Below, in pieces: positions 17,235-25,990 of a stretch of 32,000 bases of DNA; the stretch's first letter is position 1; every line of letters starts with the position of its first letter. Both the position numbers and the translations under genes were made by a program. The stretch covers positions 1,440,001 through 1,472,000 of the forward strand of contig NZ_CP030918.1 of assembly GCF_003324675.1 (NCBI RefSeq), in the 5' to 3' direction. The DNA comes from Paracoccus suum (GTDB taxonomy: Bacteria; Pseudomonadota; Alphaproteobacteria; Rhodobacterales; Rhodobacteraceae). Below the pieces are notes generated by a model that was not told the origin of the DNA, made no database searches, and saw nothing but the letters and a program-made list of their open reading frames with translations.

Positions 17235-18366
17235 CATCCCGGCAGTGATGCAGGCCGCCGTGCTGACCGGGCACGGCGGCCCCGAAATGATCGAGATCAG
17301 GTCCGACTGGCCCGTCCCGCAACCGGGACCGGGCGAGGTGCTGGTCCGCGTGACCGCGACTGCCAAGAACAACACCGACCGCAAGGTGCGCCAGGGGCTC
17401 TACGATACCTCGGCCGATGGGGCGGTGGCATCGTTTCGGATGGCCGGGGACACGCTGCAGTTTCCGCGCATCCAGGGCGCCGACGTGGTCGGCCGCGTGG
17501 CTGCCGTGGGCGCGGGCGTCGATCCGGCGCGGATCGGTCAGCGCGGGCTGCTGGATTTCAACATCTATCCCGACGCGCGGCGCGATCTGAACCTCGCTCC
17601 GGACTATTACGGCCACGGCGCGGATGGCGGCTTTGCGGAATACGGCGTTTTTCCGTCGGGCCAGTTCCACCATGTTCCGAACGCCGACCTCAGCGACGCG
17701 CAGCTGGCGACGCTGGGCATGTGCGCCTGGCACACCGCGCTGCACATGCTGACGTCTTCAGCAGTCTCGGCCGGGGACCGGGTGTTGGTGACCGGGGCCA
17801 GCGGAGGGGTCGGAACGGCGCTCATCCAGCTGTGCCGCGTTCTGGACGCGGTGCCGTTTGCCCTCGCCAGTCCCGGCAAGGACGAGGTGCTGCGCGATCT
17901 GGGTGCCGAGGCGGTCATTCACCGAGGCGCGGGGGATCTGGAGGCGGCGGTGCTGGACGGCGCCGGCCGGATCGATGCCGTGATGGACCTGGTGGGTGGC
18001 GAGATGACCGTGCCGCTGCTGCAGGCGATGTGCCACGACATGCCAAGCCGGGCGACGCCGCCACGGATGTCGATCGCCGGTGCGAGCAACGGCAACCTGA
18101 CGCAGATCCCCTGGACGCTGGTCTACCTGAACCAGATCCGCATCGCTGGCGTGTCCCACGGCACGCGCGCCGAGGCGGAACGGCTGATCAACTGGATCCG
18201 TGAAGGCCGCCTGCGACCGGTTCTGGCAGGAACCGTCCCGCTGTCCCGGCTGCGCGAGGCCGAGGTCGCCTTTGCCGAGCGCTCGTCCGGTTTCGCCGGC
18301 AAGATGGTGATCGTGCCGGACAGCCAATGGGCTGAACACGGCGCCCCAACGGCGATGGCCGTTTGA
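17227..18366 (+). CDS. Medium-chain dehydrogenase/reductase, non-zinc quinone-oxidoreductase-like, coupled to the ectoine operon
   Basis: ORF 17227..18366. The GTG at 17227 has GAGG 6 nt upstream and overlaps the doeD stop by 8 nt; an alternative ATG lies at 17248. Cofactor motif [17 protein letters not shown]. The Zn-ADH ligand positions read AKNNTD and IQGADVVG instead of CH..D and GHE. Confidence 0.75.
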   Translation: MADIPAVMQAAVLTGHGGPEMIEIRSDWPVPQPGPGEVLVRVTATAKNNTDRKVRQGLYDTSADGAVASFRMAGDTLQFPRIQGADVVGRVAAVGAGVDPARIGQRGLLDFNIYPDARRDLNLAPDYYGHGADGGFAEYGVFPSGQFHHVPNADLSDAQLATLGMCAWHTALHMLTSSAVSAGDRVLVTGASGGVGTALIQLCRVLDAVPFALASPGKDEVLRDLGAEAVIHRGAGDLEAAVLDGAGRIDAVMDLVGGEMTVPLLQAMCHDMPSRATPPRMSIAGASNGNLTQIPWTLVYLNQIRIAGVSHGTRAEAERLINWIREGRLRPVLAGTVPLSRLREAEVAFAERSSGFAGKMVIVPDSQWAEHGAPTAMAV

Positions 18367-18475
18367 GAGGCATGCAACGCCGGCGGTGCGGCATGCGGCA
18401 CGGGCGAGGAATCAGCCGATTCCGGCGGGGGCGATGTCGGTGCGGAACAACGCTCCGGACCCCGCATCGAAGGTC

Positions 18476-19180
18476 TCAGAACAGCGAGCCCTGGGCCGGC
18501 GGGTTTGGAAGCACGACGGGCGGCTCATCCGCCTCGATCAGGGTCGGGTCATCCACCTCGACCAGGCTGTGATCAGGCAGGGGCCGCTGCAACTGCCGCG
18601 CGTCGGGCCACGGCAGTGTCAGCCAGTCCTCGCAATCCTGCGGGTCGGTCAGGATCACCGGCATCGCCTTGGGATGGACGGCCGCGACCTCGGCATTCGG
18701 TGCGGTCGTCAGGAAGGCGTAGAGGTCGTCCACCGTCTCGCCATCCTTGACCTTGCGGATGCTGCGCCAGTTGGGAACGTGCAGGCCTGCAAAGAACATC
18801 TGCTGGCCCGCCTCGGCCGGGCCGAACCAGACATTCCCGGACCCCCGGCCGGCGGTGGAGCGTGGCTCGGCAAAGGCGGTCAGCGGCACCAGGCAGCGAT
18901 GCGCCGGGCCCAGCCAGCCGCGCCAGTGGGGCGAGGCAGTGTTGCGCACATTGGTGACGCCCGGATCGCGCCGCGTGGTCAGGTGCTGGGGCGGCGTCGG
19001 CAAGCCCCAGCGGGCCATTGCCAGTTCGCGCACGCCGTCAGCGCCGGCGCGCACGATCGGCGCGCGAGTGTCGGGCCAGATGCCGGGCAGCGGCGGCAGG
19101 TTTCCGGTCAGATCGCGCATTGCCTTAGTCACCGCGACGATCGCCGCCTGACCCTTGGTCTGGGAATAAAGGTTGCACAT
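18476..19180 (-). CDS. SOS-response-associated peptidase (SRAP/YedK, DUF159) family protein
   Basis: Within ORF 18476..19204, which starts at a GTG. The ATG at 19180 gives the family-typical N-terminus MCNLYS with Cys2. Conserved FAEP and HPKAMPVIL contexts are present. Confidence 0.8.
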   Translation of the reverse strand: MCNLYSQTKGQAAIVAVTKAMRDLTGNLPPLPGIWPDTRAPIVRAGADGVRELAMARWGLPTPPQHLTTRRDPGVTNVRNTASPHWRGWLGPAHRCLVPLTAFAEPRSTAGRGSGNVWFGPAEAGQQMFFAGLHVPNWRSIRKVKDGETVDDLYAFLTTAPNAEVAAVHPKAMPVILTDPQDCEDWLTLPWPDARQLQRPLPDHSLVEVDDPTLIEADEPPVVLPNPPAQGSLF

Positions 19181-19295
19181 GCGGCGCGGTTCTACCGAAG
19201 CCACGGGACCGCTGCCAGTGGGGCACGCTCGCTAGTGTTGCATGTAACCATTGGAGGCCTTGAGGCTGGCGGCCGCCCCGGCATAGGTTGCGCGG

Positions 19296-20111
19296 ATGAA
19301 GATCTTGTTTCTCGGCGACGTCATGGGTCGCAGCGGACGCGCCGCCATCGCCACCGGTCTACGACCCCTGCGCGACGCGCTGCGCGCCGATTTCGTGGTC
19401 GTCAATGGCGAGAATGCCTCAGGCGGAATGGGCCTGACCGGCCCGCATGCGCAGCTGATCCTGGACGCTGGGGCGGATTGCGTCACCCTCGGCGATCATG
19501 CCTTCGACCAGAAGGACATGCTGACCTTCATCGAGCGTGAGCCCCGGGTCATCCGTCCGCTGAACTTCGCGCGCGAGGCCCCTGGCCGCGGCGCACGCGT
19601 GTTCGAGGCCAGCCGCGGTCGCAAAGTGCTGGTCGCGCAGTTGCTGGGGCAGGTGTTCATGCGCCGTCCCTTCGACGACCCTTTCTCAGCCATCGACACC
19701 GTTCTGCGGGCGCATGTCGTCGGTGGCGGGGTGCAGGCGGCCGTGATCGACGTGCATGCCGAGGCGACCAGCGAAAAGATGGCCTTGGGCCACTACTGCG
19801 ACGGCCGCGCGAGCCTGGTGGTCGGCACCCACACCCATGTGCCCACTGCCGACACGATGATCCTGTCCCGCGGGACAGGCTATCAGTCCGATGCCGGAAT
19901 GTGCGGCGATTATGACAGCGTCATCGGCATGGACAAGGCCGAGCCGATGCGCCGTTTTCTGACCGGCATGACCCGCGAGCGGTTCACCCCGGCGGCGGGT
20001 GAGGCGACGCTGTCAGGCGTGCTTGTCACCACCGACGACCGCACCGGGCTGGCAACGGCCGTGCGGCCGGTGCGGCAGGGCGGGCGGTTGGCCCCGACGC
20101 CGCTGGACTGA
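19296..20111 (+). CDS. ymdB: YmdB-like metallophosphoesterase (TIGR00282 family)
   Basis: ORF 19296..20111. MKILFLGDVMGRSGR, VVNGENASGGMGLT, TLGDHAFD, GTHTHVPTAD. Confidence 0.85.
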   Translation: MKILFLGDVMGRSGRAAIATGLRPLRDALRADFVVVNGENASGGMGLTGPHAQLILDAGADCVTLGDHAFDQKDMLTFIEREPRVIRPLNFAREAPGRGARVFEASRGRKVLVAQLLGQVFMRRPFDDPFSAIDTVLRAHVVGGGVQAAVIDVHAEATSEKMALGHYCDGRASLVVGTHTHVPTADTMILSRGTGYQSDAGMCGDYDSVIGMDKAEPMRRFLTGMTRERFTPAAGEATLSGVLVTTDDRTGLATAVRPVRQGGRLAPTPLD

Positions 20112-20365
20112 CCCGGAACGGTCGCCTTGGCACGTCGACCAACGGAAGCTGCGCGAATAGTTGATCGCCAACGCCAATCTTCGGAGCGTCGGCTTTCCCG
20201 CTGTGCGTATGAGGCTCCGGTCGATCTGCAGCCCCAGGTTGCGGGCCAATGCGCGGCGAGGGGCCGCCCCGACACATCTAGGCGACAGCATGCTTGCGCC
20301 CCCGACAAACGCCGCGATAGATGGCCGTCGCCGGTGCAGAGCCGGAGGCGTCTGACAGGACCATA

Positions 20366-22144
20366 ATGTTCGGAATTGAAGTGCCCAGTCCTTGGGGCGC
20401 ATATCTGTCGCTGGCCATCGTCGCCGTCATGTTCATCATGTTCATACGCGAAAAGCAGCCTCCCGAGGTGATCGCCATCGGCACTGCCGCGGTGATGATG
20501 ATTCTCGGCCTCGTACCCTACAAGGAGGCTGTCGGCGTTCTTTCGAACAACGCGCCTTGGACCATCGCCTTCATGTTCATCATCATGGGCGGCCTGATGC
20601 GAACGGGCGGGCTGGACATCCTGTCCCAGTTGGTGGCCCGACGGGCGGATACGCGTCCGATCCTCACGATCTGCGCGATGTTCGCCTTCGTGGTCTTTGC
20701 CTCGGCCATCATGAACAACACGCCGGTCGTCGCGGTGATGATCCCGATCGTCATACAGGTCGCGCATCGCAGCGGCATCGCTCCATCCAAGCTGTTGATG
20801 CCTCTAAGCTATTTCACCGTCATGGGGGGCATGATCTCGCTGATCGGCACCTCGACCAACTTGCTGGTGGACGGGGTCGTGCAGGAAAAGGGCATGGCGC
20901 CCTTCGGCATTTTCGAGATTGCACCGGTCGGCCTTGCGGTCACCGCCGCGGGCGCGCTGTTCATCGGACTTGTCGGGCACCGGCTCTTGCCGGTCCGCAA
21001 CTCCATGGCGTCGCTACTGGGTGGACGGCGCGAGATGAAATATTTCACGGAGGTCGCCGTACCCGAGGGCAGCAGCCTGGTCGGCCAGAACGTCAACGAC
21101 GTCCCGATGTTCAAGCGCGAGGCGGTCCGGGTCGTGGACGTCCTGCGCGGCGACAACTCGCTGCGCCGCAACCTGTCGGAGGTCATGCTGTCGCCCGGCG
21201 ACAGGGTGGTGCTGCGCACAGAGATGGCGGACCTGCTGGAAATGCAGCAGTCCAAGGATTTCCAACTGGTCGACAAGCTCAGTTCGGTCGCGACCGCGAC
21301 GGTCGAGGTGCTGATATCGCCGGGCGCACGGATGATCGGCCGGCGTCTAGGCGATCTGCGCTTGCGTCGGCGCTACGGCGTCTATGTGCTGGCCGCGCAC
21401 CGCCGCAACCAGAACATCGGCCGCCAGTTGGACGATCTGGAGGTCCGCATCGGCGACACGCTGCTGCTGGAAGGTGCGCCCGAGGACATTGCCCGCCTCG
21501 CCGCCGACATGGACCTGGTCGACATCAGCCAGCCCGTGGCAAAGCCGTTCCGCCGCAAACAAGCCCCGCTCGCCATCGCCGCGCTGTTGCTGGTGGTGCT
21601 GCTGGCTGCGCTGGACGTGGCGCCAATCATGGCGCTGGCGCTGGTCGCCTCGGCGATCGTTCTGATCACCGGCTGCGTCGATGCCGACGAGGCCTTCGAA
21701 TTCATCGACGCGCGGCTGCTGGCGATGATCTTTGCCATGCTCGCGGTGGGCGCGGCCCTGGACCATACCGGCGCGGTCGAGGTCGTGGTCGACGCGGTCG
21801 AGCCTTTCCTTGGCGGCTTGCCCGCCTTCTGGACACTGGTCTGTGTCTATCTGCTGGGACTGGCCTTGACCGAGGTGCTGTCCAACAACGCCGTCGCGGT
21901 CATCCTGACGCCCATCGCCATCGAACTGGCGCAACGGCTGGACCACGATCCGCGGGCCTATGTGGTGGCGGTGATGTTCTCGGCCTCGGTCGCGTTCGCG
22001 ACGCCGATCGGCTATCAGACCCACATGATGGTCTATGGCCCCGGCGGCTATCGTTTCAGCGACTTTCTTCGGCTCGGCATCCCGCTGGACATCGTCACAG
22101 CAATTGCCGCCTGCCTGACGATCCCGCTGTTCTGGCCGCTGTGA
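20366..22144 (+). CDS. SLC13/DASS-family permease with two central TrkA-C (RCK_C) domains
   Basis: Within ORF 20321..22144; the ATG at 20366 begins the hydrophobic N-terminus. Two cytoplasmic RCK_C-like repeats (VPEGSSLVGQNVNDV...GDRVVLRTEMADL and ISPGARMIGRRLGDLRLRRRYGVYVLA...IGDTLLLEGAPEDI) lie between two membrane halves. Confidence 0.8.
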   Translation: MFGIEVPSPWGAYLSLAIVAVMFIMFIREKQPPEVIAIGTAAVMMILGLVPYKEAVGVLSNNAPWTIAFMFIIMGGLMRTGGLDILSQLVARRADTRPILTICAMFAFVVFASAIMNNTPVVAVMIPIVIQVAHRSGIAPSKLLMPLSYFTVMGGMISLIGTSTNLLVDGVVQEKGMAPFGIFEIAPVGLAVTAAGALFIGLVGHRLLPVRNSMASLLGGRREMKYFTEVAVPEGSSLVGQNVNDVPMFKREAVRVVDVLRGDNSLRRNLSEVMLSPGDRVVLRTEMADLLEMQQSKDFQLVDKLSSVATATVEVLISPGARMIGRRLGDLRLRRRYGVYVLAAHRRNQNIGRQLDDLEVRIGDTLLLEGAPEDIARLAADMDLVDISQPVAKPFRRKQAPLAIAALLLVVLLAALDVAPIMALALVASAIVLITGCVDADEAFEFIDARLLAMIFAMLAVGAALDHTGAVEVVVDAVEPFLGGLPAFWTLVCVYLLGLALTEVLSNNAVAVILTPIAIELAQRLDHDPRAYVVAVMFSASVAFATPIGYQTHMMVYGPGGYRFSDFLRLGIPLDIVTAIAACLTIPLFWPL

Positions 22145-22237
22145 CGGTTGAACCGAGGCCCGCGGCTGTCTAAGACGCCGCGGCATGATACTGGCGCGCC
22201 CTGACGGTGCGCCGGCTTTCCATTCAACGAGGTTCCC

Positions 22238-22981
22238 ATGGCCGGCCATTCCAAATGGGCCAACATCCAGCATCGCAAGGGCAAGCAGGACAAGCTGCGC
22301 TCGAAGCTGTTCTCGAAACTCTCGAAAGAGATCACGGTCGCGGCCAAGATGGGCGATCCCGACCCCGACAAGAACCCGCGCCTACGGCTGGCGGTCAAGG
22401 AAGCGCGCTCCAGCTCGATGCCCAAGGATGTGATCGACCGCGCGATCAAGAAATCGCAGGCTGGTGATGCCGAGAGCTACGATGAGATCCGCTACGAGGG
22501 TTACGGCCCGAACGGCATCGCCATCATCGTCGAGGCGCTGACCGACAACCGCAACCGCACCGCCAGCAACGTGCGCAGCTATTTCACCAAGTATGGCGGT
22601 GACATGGGGCAGACCGGCAGCGTGGCCTTCATGTTCGATCGCAAGGGCGAGATCATGTATCCGCTGTCCGCCGGAGACGCCGACACAGTGATGGAGGCGG
22701 CAATCGAGGCCGGGGCCGAGGATGTCTCGACCGACGAGGACGGCCACTGGATCACGACCGGTGATACCGATCTGGGCGAGGTGTCGGCCGCGCTCGAGGC
22801 CGCGCTGGGCGAGTCCGAAACCGCAAAGCTGATCTGGCGCCCGCAGGCCGCGACCGATGTCGACCTGGAAACGGCGGTCAAGCTGATGAAGCTGATCGAC
22901 GCGCTGGAAGAGGACGATGACGTCCAGAACGTCACCGGCAACTTCGAGATCAGCGACGAGGTCGCGGCCGCGCTGGAATAA
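22238..22981 (+). CDS. yebC: YebC/PmpR-family DNA-binding regulator
   Basis: ORF 22238..22981. [37 protein letters not shown]... A GAGG SD is present. Confidence 0.9.
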   Translation: MAGHSKWANIQHRKGKQDKLRSKLFSKLSKEITVAAKMGDPDPDKNPRLRLAVKEARSSSMPKDVIDRAIKKSQAGDAESYDEIRYEGYGPNGIAIIVEALTDNRNRTASNVRSYFTKYGGDMGQTGSVAFMFDRKGEIMYPLSAGDADTVMEAAIEAGAEDVSTDEDGHWITTGDTDLGEVSAALEAALGESETAKLIWRPQAATDVDLETAVKLMKLIDALEEDDDVQNVTGNFEISDEVAAALE

Positions 22982-23097
22982 ACCCCGGTCAGGCCGCGCG
23001 TGGCGGGGCCGGCGCTTTTGATCGGCGACGGGGTCGCAGTCGCGGCGGAGTAATCCGGCCGGGCAGGGGGGACGCCCCGCGGCGCCCCGCCTTTTTC

Positions 23098-24486
23098 TCA
23101 GCCGCGCACGGCGTCCAGCACGCGCACCCAGCTGCGCGCGCCCTTGGCAAAGCTCGCGACGTTGTATTTCTCATTCGGGCTGTGGATGCGGTCGTCGTCG
23201 CGCCCGAACCCGATCAGCATCGAATCCATCCCCAGCAGCGTCTTGAACGACCCGGCCACGGGAATCGAGCCGCCGGCCCCGATGTAGGCCGCATCCCGGC
23301 CCCATTCCTCGCTGAGCGCGGCCTTCGCCGCGGCAAAGGCCGGGTCCGAGATGTCCATGACGCTGGCCGGCGAGGCGCCGTGAGCCTCAAATGTGACCGT
23401 GCAATCATCGGGGATCATCGAGCGGATACGCTCGCGGAACGCTTCGCGGATCGGCGCTGGGTCCTGCGTGCCGGTCAGGCGGAAGCTGACCTTGGCATGC
23501 GCCTCGCCCGGCAGCACGGTCTTGAAGCCGTCCCCGGTATAGCCGCCGATGATGCCATTGATCTCGAACGTGGGGCGGGCCCAGGCCATCTCTAGCCCGG
23601 TCCGGCCGCGCTCGCCCACGGGATTGCGCAGGCCGACGCGGCCGAGGAACTCGGCCGGATCGAATGCCAGCGCCTCCCAGTCAGAGCGCATCTCGTTGCC
23701 GATCTCGGGCACGCCGTCATAAAAGCCGGGCAGTGTGATACGGCCGTCCTCGTCCTTGATGGTGGCAAGGGCGTTGACCAGCAGCTGGATCGGGTTGGCG
23801 GCAAGGCCGCCGAAGCTGCCCGAATGCAGGTCGCGGTCGGCGGCGCGCACGGTGATCTGATCGCCGACCAGCCCGCGCAGTTGGGTCGTGATCGCCGGGC
23901 GGCCGTCGGCATACATGCCGGTGTCGCAGATCATCGCCAGATTGCAGCGCAACTCGTCCGCATTGGCGCGCAGCAAATCGTCAAGCGAGGGCGAGCCGGC
24001 CTCCTCCTCGCCCTCGATCAGTAGCGTCAGGTTCGGCGGCAGGCTGCCGTGGACATCGCGCCAGGCACGGAATGCCTCGACAAAGGTCATCAACTGGCCT
24101 TTGTCGTCCGCCGCCCCGCGCCCGCGGATCACCCTCCCTTCGGGCGTATCCTCGATCTGCGGCTCGAACGGGGGGCGGTCCCACAGGTTCAGCGGATCGA
24201 CCGGCTGGACGTCATAGTGACCGTAGAACAGTAGCTTGCGCCCCTCGCCGGGTTGCGAGTGGGCGACGACGGCCGGGTGACCCGCGGTTTCGCGCAGGCT
24301 GGCGTCAAAGCCCAGCGAGGTCAGTTCGTCCCGCAGCCATTCCGCCGCCCGGCGCACGTCGCAGGCATGCGCCGGTTCGGTGGAGACTGAGGGGATGCGC
24401 AGGAACGCCTGCAACCTCTCCAACGCGTCGGGCAGGCCCGTGTCTAGGCGCTCCAATACCTGCGTGATGCCTTGGCCAGCTGCCAT
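23098..24486 (-). CDS. M20-family metallopeptidase/dipeptidase
   Basis: ORF 23098..24486. FYGHYDVQPVD, GRGAADDKGQ, LIEGEEEAGS. An AGGAAG SD is present. Confidence 0.85.
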   Translation of the reverse strand: MAAGQGITQVLERLDTGLPDALERLQAFLRIPSVSTEPAHACDVRRAAEWLRDELTSLGFDASLRETAGHPAVVAHSQPGEGRKLLFYGHYDVQPVDPLNLWDRPPFEPQIEDTPEGRVIRGRGAADDKGQLMTFVEAFRAWRDVHGSLPPNLTLLIEGEEEAGSPSLDDLLRANADELRCNLAMICDTGMYADGRPAITTQLRGLVGDQITVRAADRDLHSGSFGGLAANPIQLLVNALATIKDEDGRITLPGFYDGVPEIGNEMRSDWEALAFDPAEFLGRVGLRNPVGERGRTGLEMAWARPTFEINGIIGGYTGDGFKTVLPGEAHAKVSFRLTGTQDPAPIREAFRERIRSMIPDDCTVTFEAHGASPASVMDISDPAFAAAKAALSEEWGRDAAYIGAGGSIPVAGSFKTLLGMDSMLIGFGRDDDRIHSPNEKYNVASFAKGARSWVRVLDAVRG

Positions 24487-24573
24487 GGTTCTTCCTTTCC
24501 TGACTGTTTTAGTCGGTCAAAAATCCAACGTTGTCCGTGGGATGCGACAATATTGACCTGTCCTTCTGTGTGC

Positions 24574-24587
24574 CTGATCCTTATCAA
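24574..24587. promoter_or_regulatory. FNR/CRP-family (FnrL-type) box cTGAT-CCTT-ATCAA upstream of hemA
   Basis: 9 of 10 matches to TTGAT-N4-ATCAA. The centre lies 66 nt before the hemA ATG. A -10-like CATGAT at 24609-24614 would put the box near -41.5, which is class II geometry. Confidence 0.5.
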
Positions 24588-24646
24588 GGCACGACACCGC
24601 GCGGTCAGCATGATCGCCCCCAGCAAGCCAGGCAAGGGAGCCCGCG

Positions 24647-25876
24647 ATGGATTTTGACGCCGCCTTAGATCAGGCCATCGGTCGTCTCCATGAAGAAGGG
24701 CGCTATCGCACCTTTATCGATATCGAGCGGCGCAACGGCCAGTTCCCGCAGGCCGTCTGGACCCGTCCCGACGGCGCCGAGGCCGAAATCACCGTCTGGT
24801 GCGGCAATGATTACCTTGGCATGGGCCAGCAGCCCGCCGTGCTGGCGGCGATGCACGAGGCGCTGGACGCCACCGGCGCTGGCTCGGGCGGCACACGCAA
24901 CATTTCGGGCACCACGGTCTATCACAAGCGGCTGGAGGCCGAACTGGCCGACCTGCACAGCAAGGAAGCTGCCCTTGTTTTTTCGAGCGCTTACATCGCC
25001 AATGATGCGACCCTGTCGACGCTGCCCAAGCTGTTTCCGGGCCTCATCATCTATTCGGACGCACTGAACCACGCCTCGATGATCGAGGGTATCAAGCGCA
25101 ATGGTGGGGCCAAGCGCATCTTTCGCCACAATGACGTCGCCCACCTGCGCGAGTTGATCGCCGCGGATGACCCGGCGGCGCCCAAGCTGATCGCATTCGA
25201 ATCGATCTATTCGATGGACGGCGATTTCGGCCCGATCCGCGAACTGGTCGAACTGGCCGAAGAGGTCGGCGCGCTGACCTATCTCGACGAGGTCCATGCA
25301 GTAGGCATGTACGGCCCGCGCGGCGGCGGCGTGGCCGAGCGCGACGGCCTCTCGGACCGGATCGATCTGATCAATGGCACGCTCGGCAAGGCATTCGGCG
25401 TGTTCGGCGGCTATGTCACGGGAAGCGCCAAGATGGTGGACGCGATCCGCAGCTATGCGCCGGGCTTCATCTTCACCACGTCTCTGCCGCCGGCGGTGGC
25501 TGCGGGCGCGGCGGCGTCGATCGCGCTTTTGAAGACGGCCGAGGGCCAGCGTCTGCGCGATGCGCAGCAACTGCATGCGCGGATCCTCAAGATGCGTCTC
25601 AAGGGCCTTGGCATGCCGATCATCGATCATGGCAGCCACATCGTGCCGGTCCATGTCGGCCATCCGGTCCACTGCAAGGCCTTGTCGGACATGCTGCTGG
25701 AGGAGTTCGGCATATACGTCCAGCCGATCAACTTCCCGACCGTGCCTCGCGGGACCGAGCGTCTGCGCTTTACGCCCTCGCCCATCCACACCCCGCCAGA
25801 GATCGACCGCCTTGTCCGGGCCATGGACGCATTGTGGTCACGCTGTGCGCTAAATCGCGCTGAAGCGGTCGCCTGA
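24647..25876 (+). CDS. hemA: 5-aminolevulinate synthase
   Basis: ORF 24647..25876. [65 protein letters not shown], and PLP Lys in [16 protein letters not shown] is present. Confidence 0.93.
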   Translation: MDFDAALDQAIGRLHEEGRYRTFIDIERRNGQFPQAVWTRPDGAEAEITVWCGNDYLGMGQQPAVLAAMHEALDATGAGSGGTRNISGTTVYHKRLEAELADLHSKEAALVFSSAYIANDATLSTLPKLFPGLIIYSDALNHASMIEGIKRNGGAKRIFRHNDVAHLRELIAADDPAAPKLIAFESIYSMDGDFGPIRELVELAEEVGALTYLDEVHAVGMYGPRGGGVAERDGLSDRIDLINGTLGKAFGVFGGYVTGSAKMVDAIRSYAPGFIFTTSLPPAVAAGAAASIALLKTAEGQRLRDAQQLHARILKMRLKGLGMPIIDHGSHIVPVHVGHPVHCKALSDMLLEEFGIYVQPINFPTVPRGTERLRFTPSPIHTPPEIDRLVRAMDALWSRCALNRAEAVA

Positions 25877-25990
25877 TCGGCAACTTCAGGCTGTGGCACT
25901 CTCGGCGCTGTGATAACCTCTGCTTAATCATTAGATGGCAGCCTCCGATTCGGGGGAACTAGCCCAAGGGGCAGAGGATTGAGCAGTCGT

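Noticed and set aside
18371-18423. Two GGCATGC copies (18369-18375, 18390-18396) and a 6-bp hairpin GGAATC-agcc-GATTCC (18408-18423) between the MDR gene and the SRAP gene, considered as a bidirectional terminator.
   Set aside because: The stems are short and no T- or A-tract flanks them on either side, so the evidence is insufficient.
20128-20133. TGGCAC, which resembles the -24 element of a sigma-54 promoter, downstream of ymdB.
   Set aside because: The required GC of the -12 element (TTGC), 10 nt after the GG, is absent; the sequence there is AA (20141-20142).
20392-22173. A 593-aa same-strand, out-of-frame ORF overlapping the SLC13 transporter. Similar cases are 1381..2610, 3123..3902, 9412..9930, 14593..15291 and 30036..30839.
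   Set aside because: These are alternative-frame read-through products, very rich in Arg, Gly and Pro and without motifs. The in-frame gene explains the region.
23062-23096. A G-run, C-runs and T5 (GGCAGGGGGGACGCCCCGCGGCGCCCCGCCTTTTT) between yebC and the M20 peptidase, plus an imperfect stem with TTTT at 22992-23019, considered as intrinsic terminators.
   Set aside because: The best pairings I could draw are 3+3 or 4+3 bp interrupted by mismatches. CGCCCCGC occurs as a direct repeat, not an inverted one. That is too weak to annotate without a folding calculation, although one of them may still be the yebC terminator.
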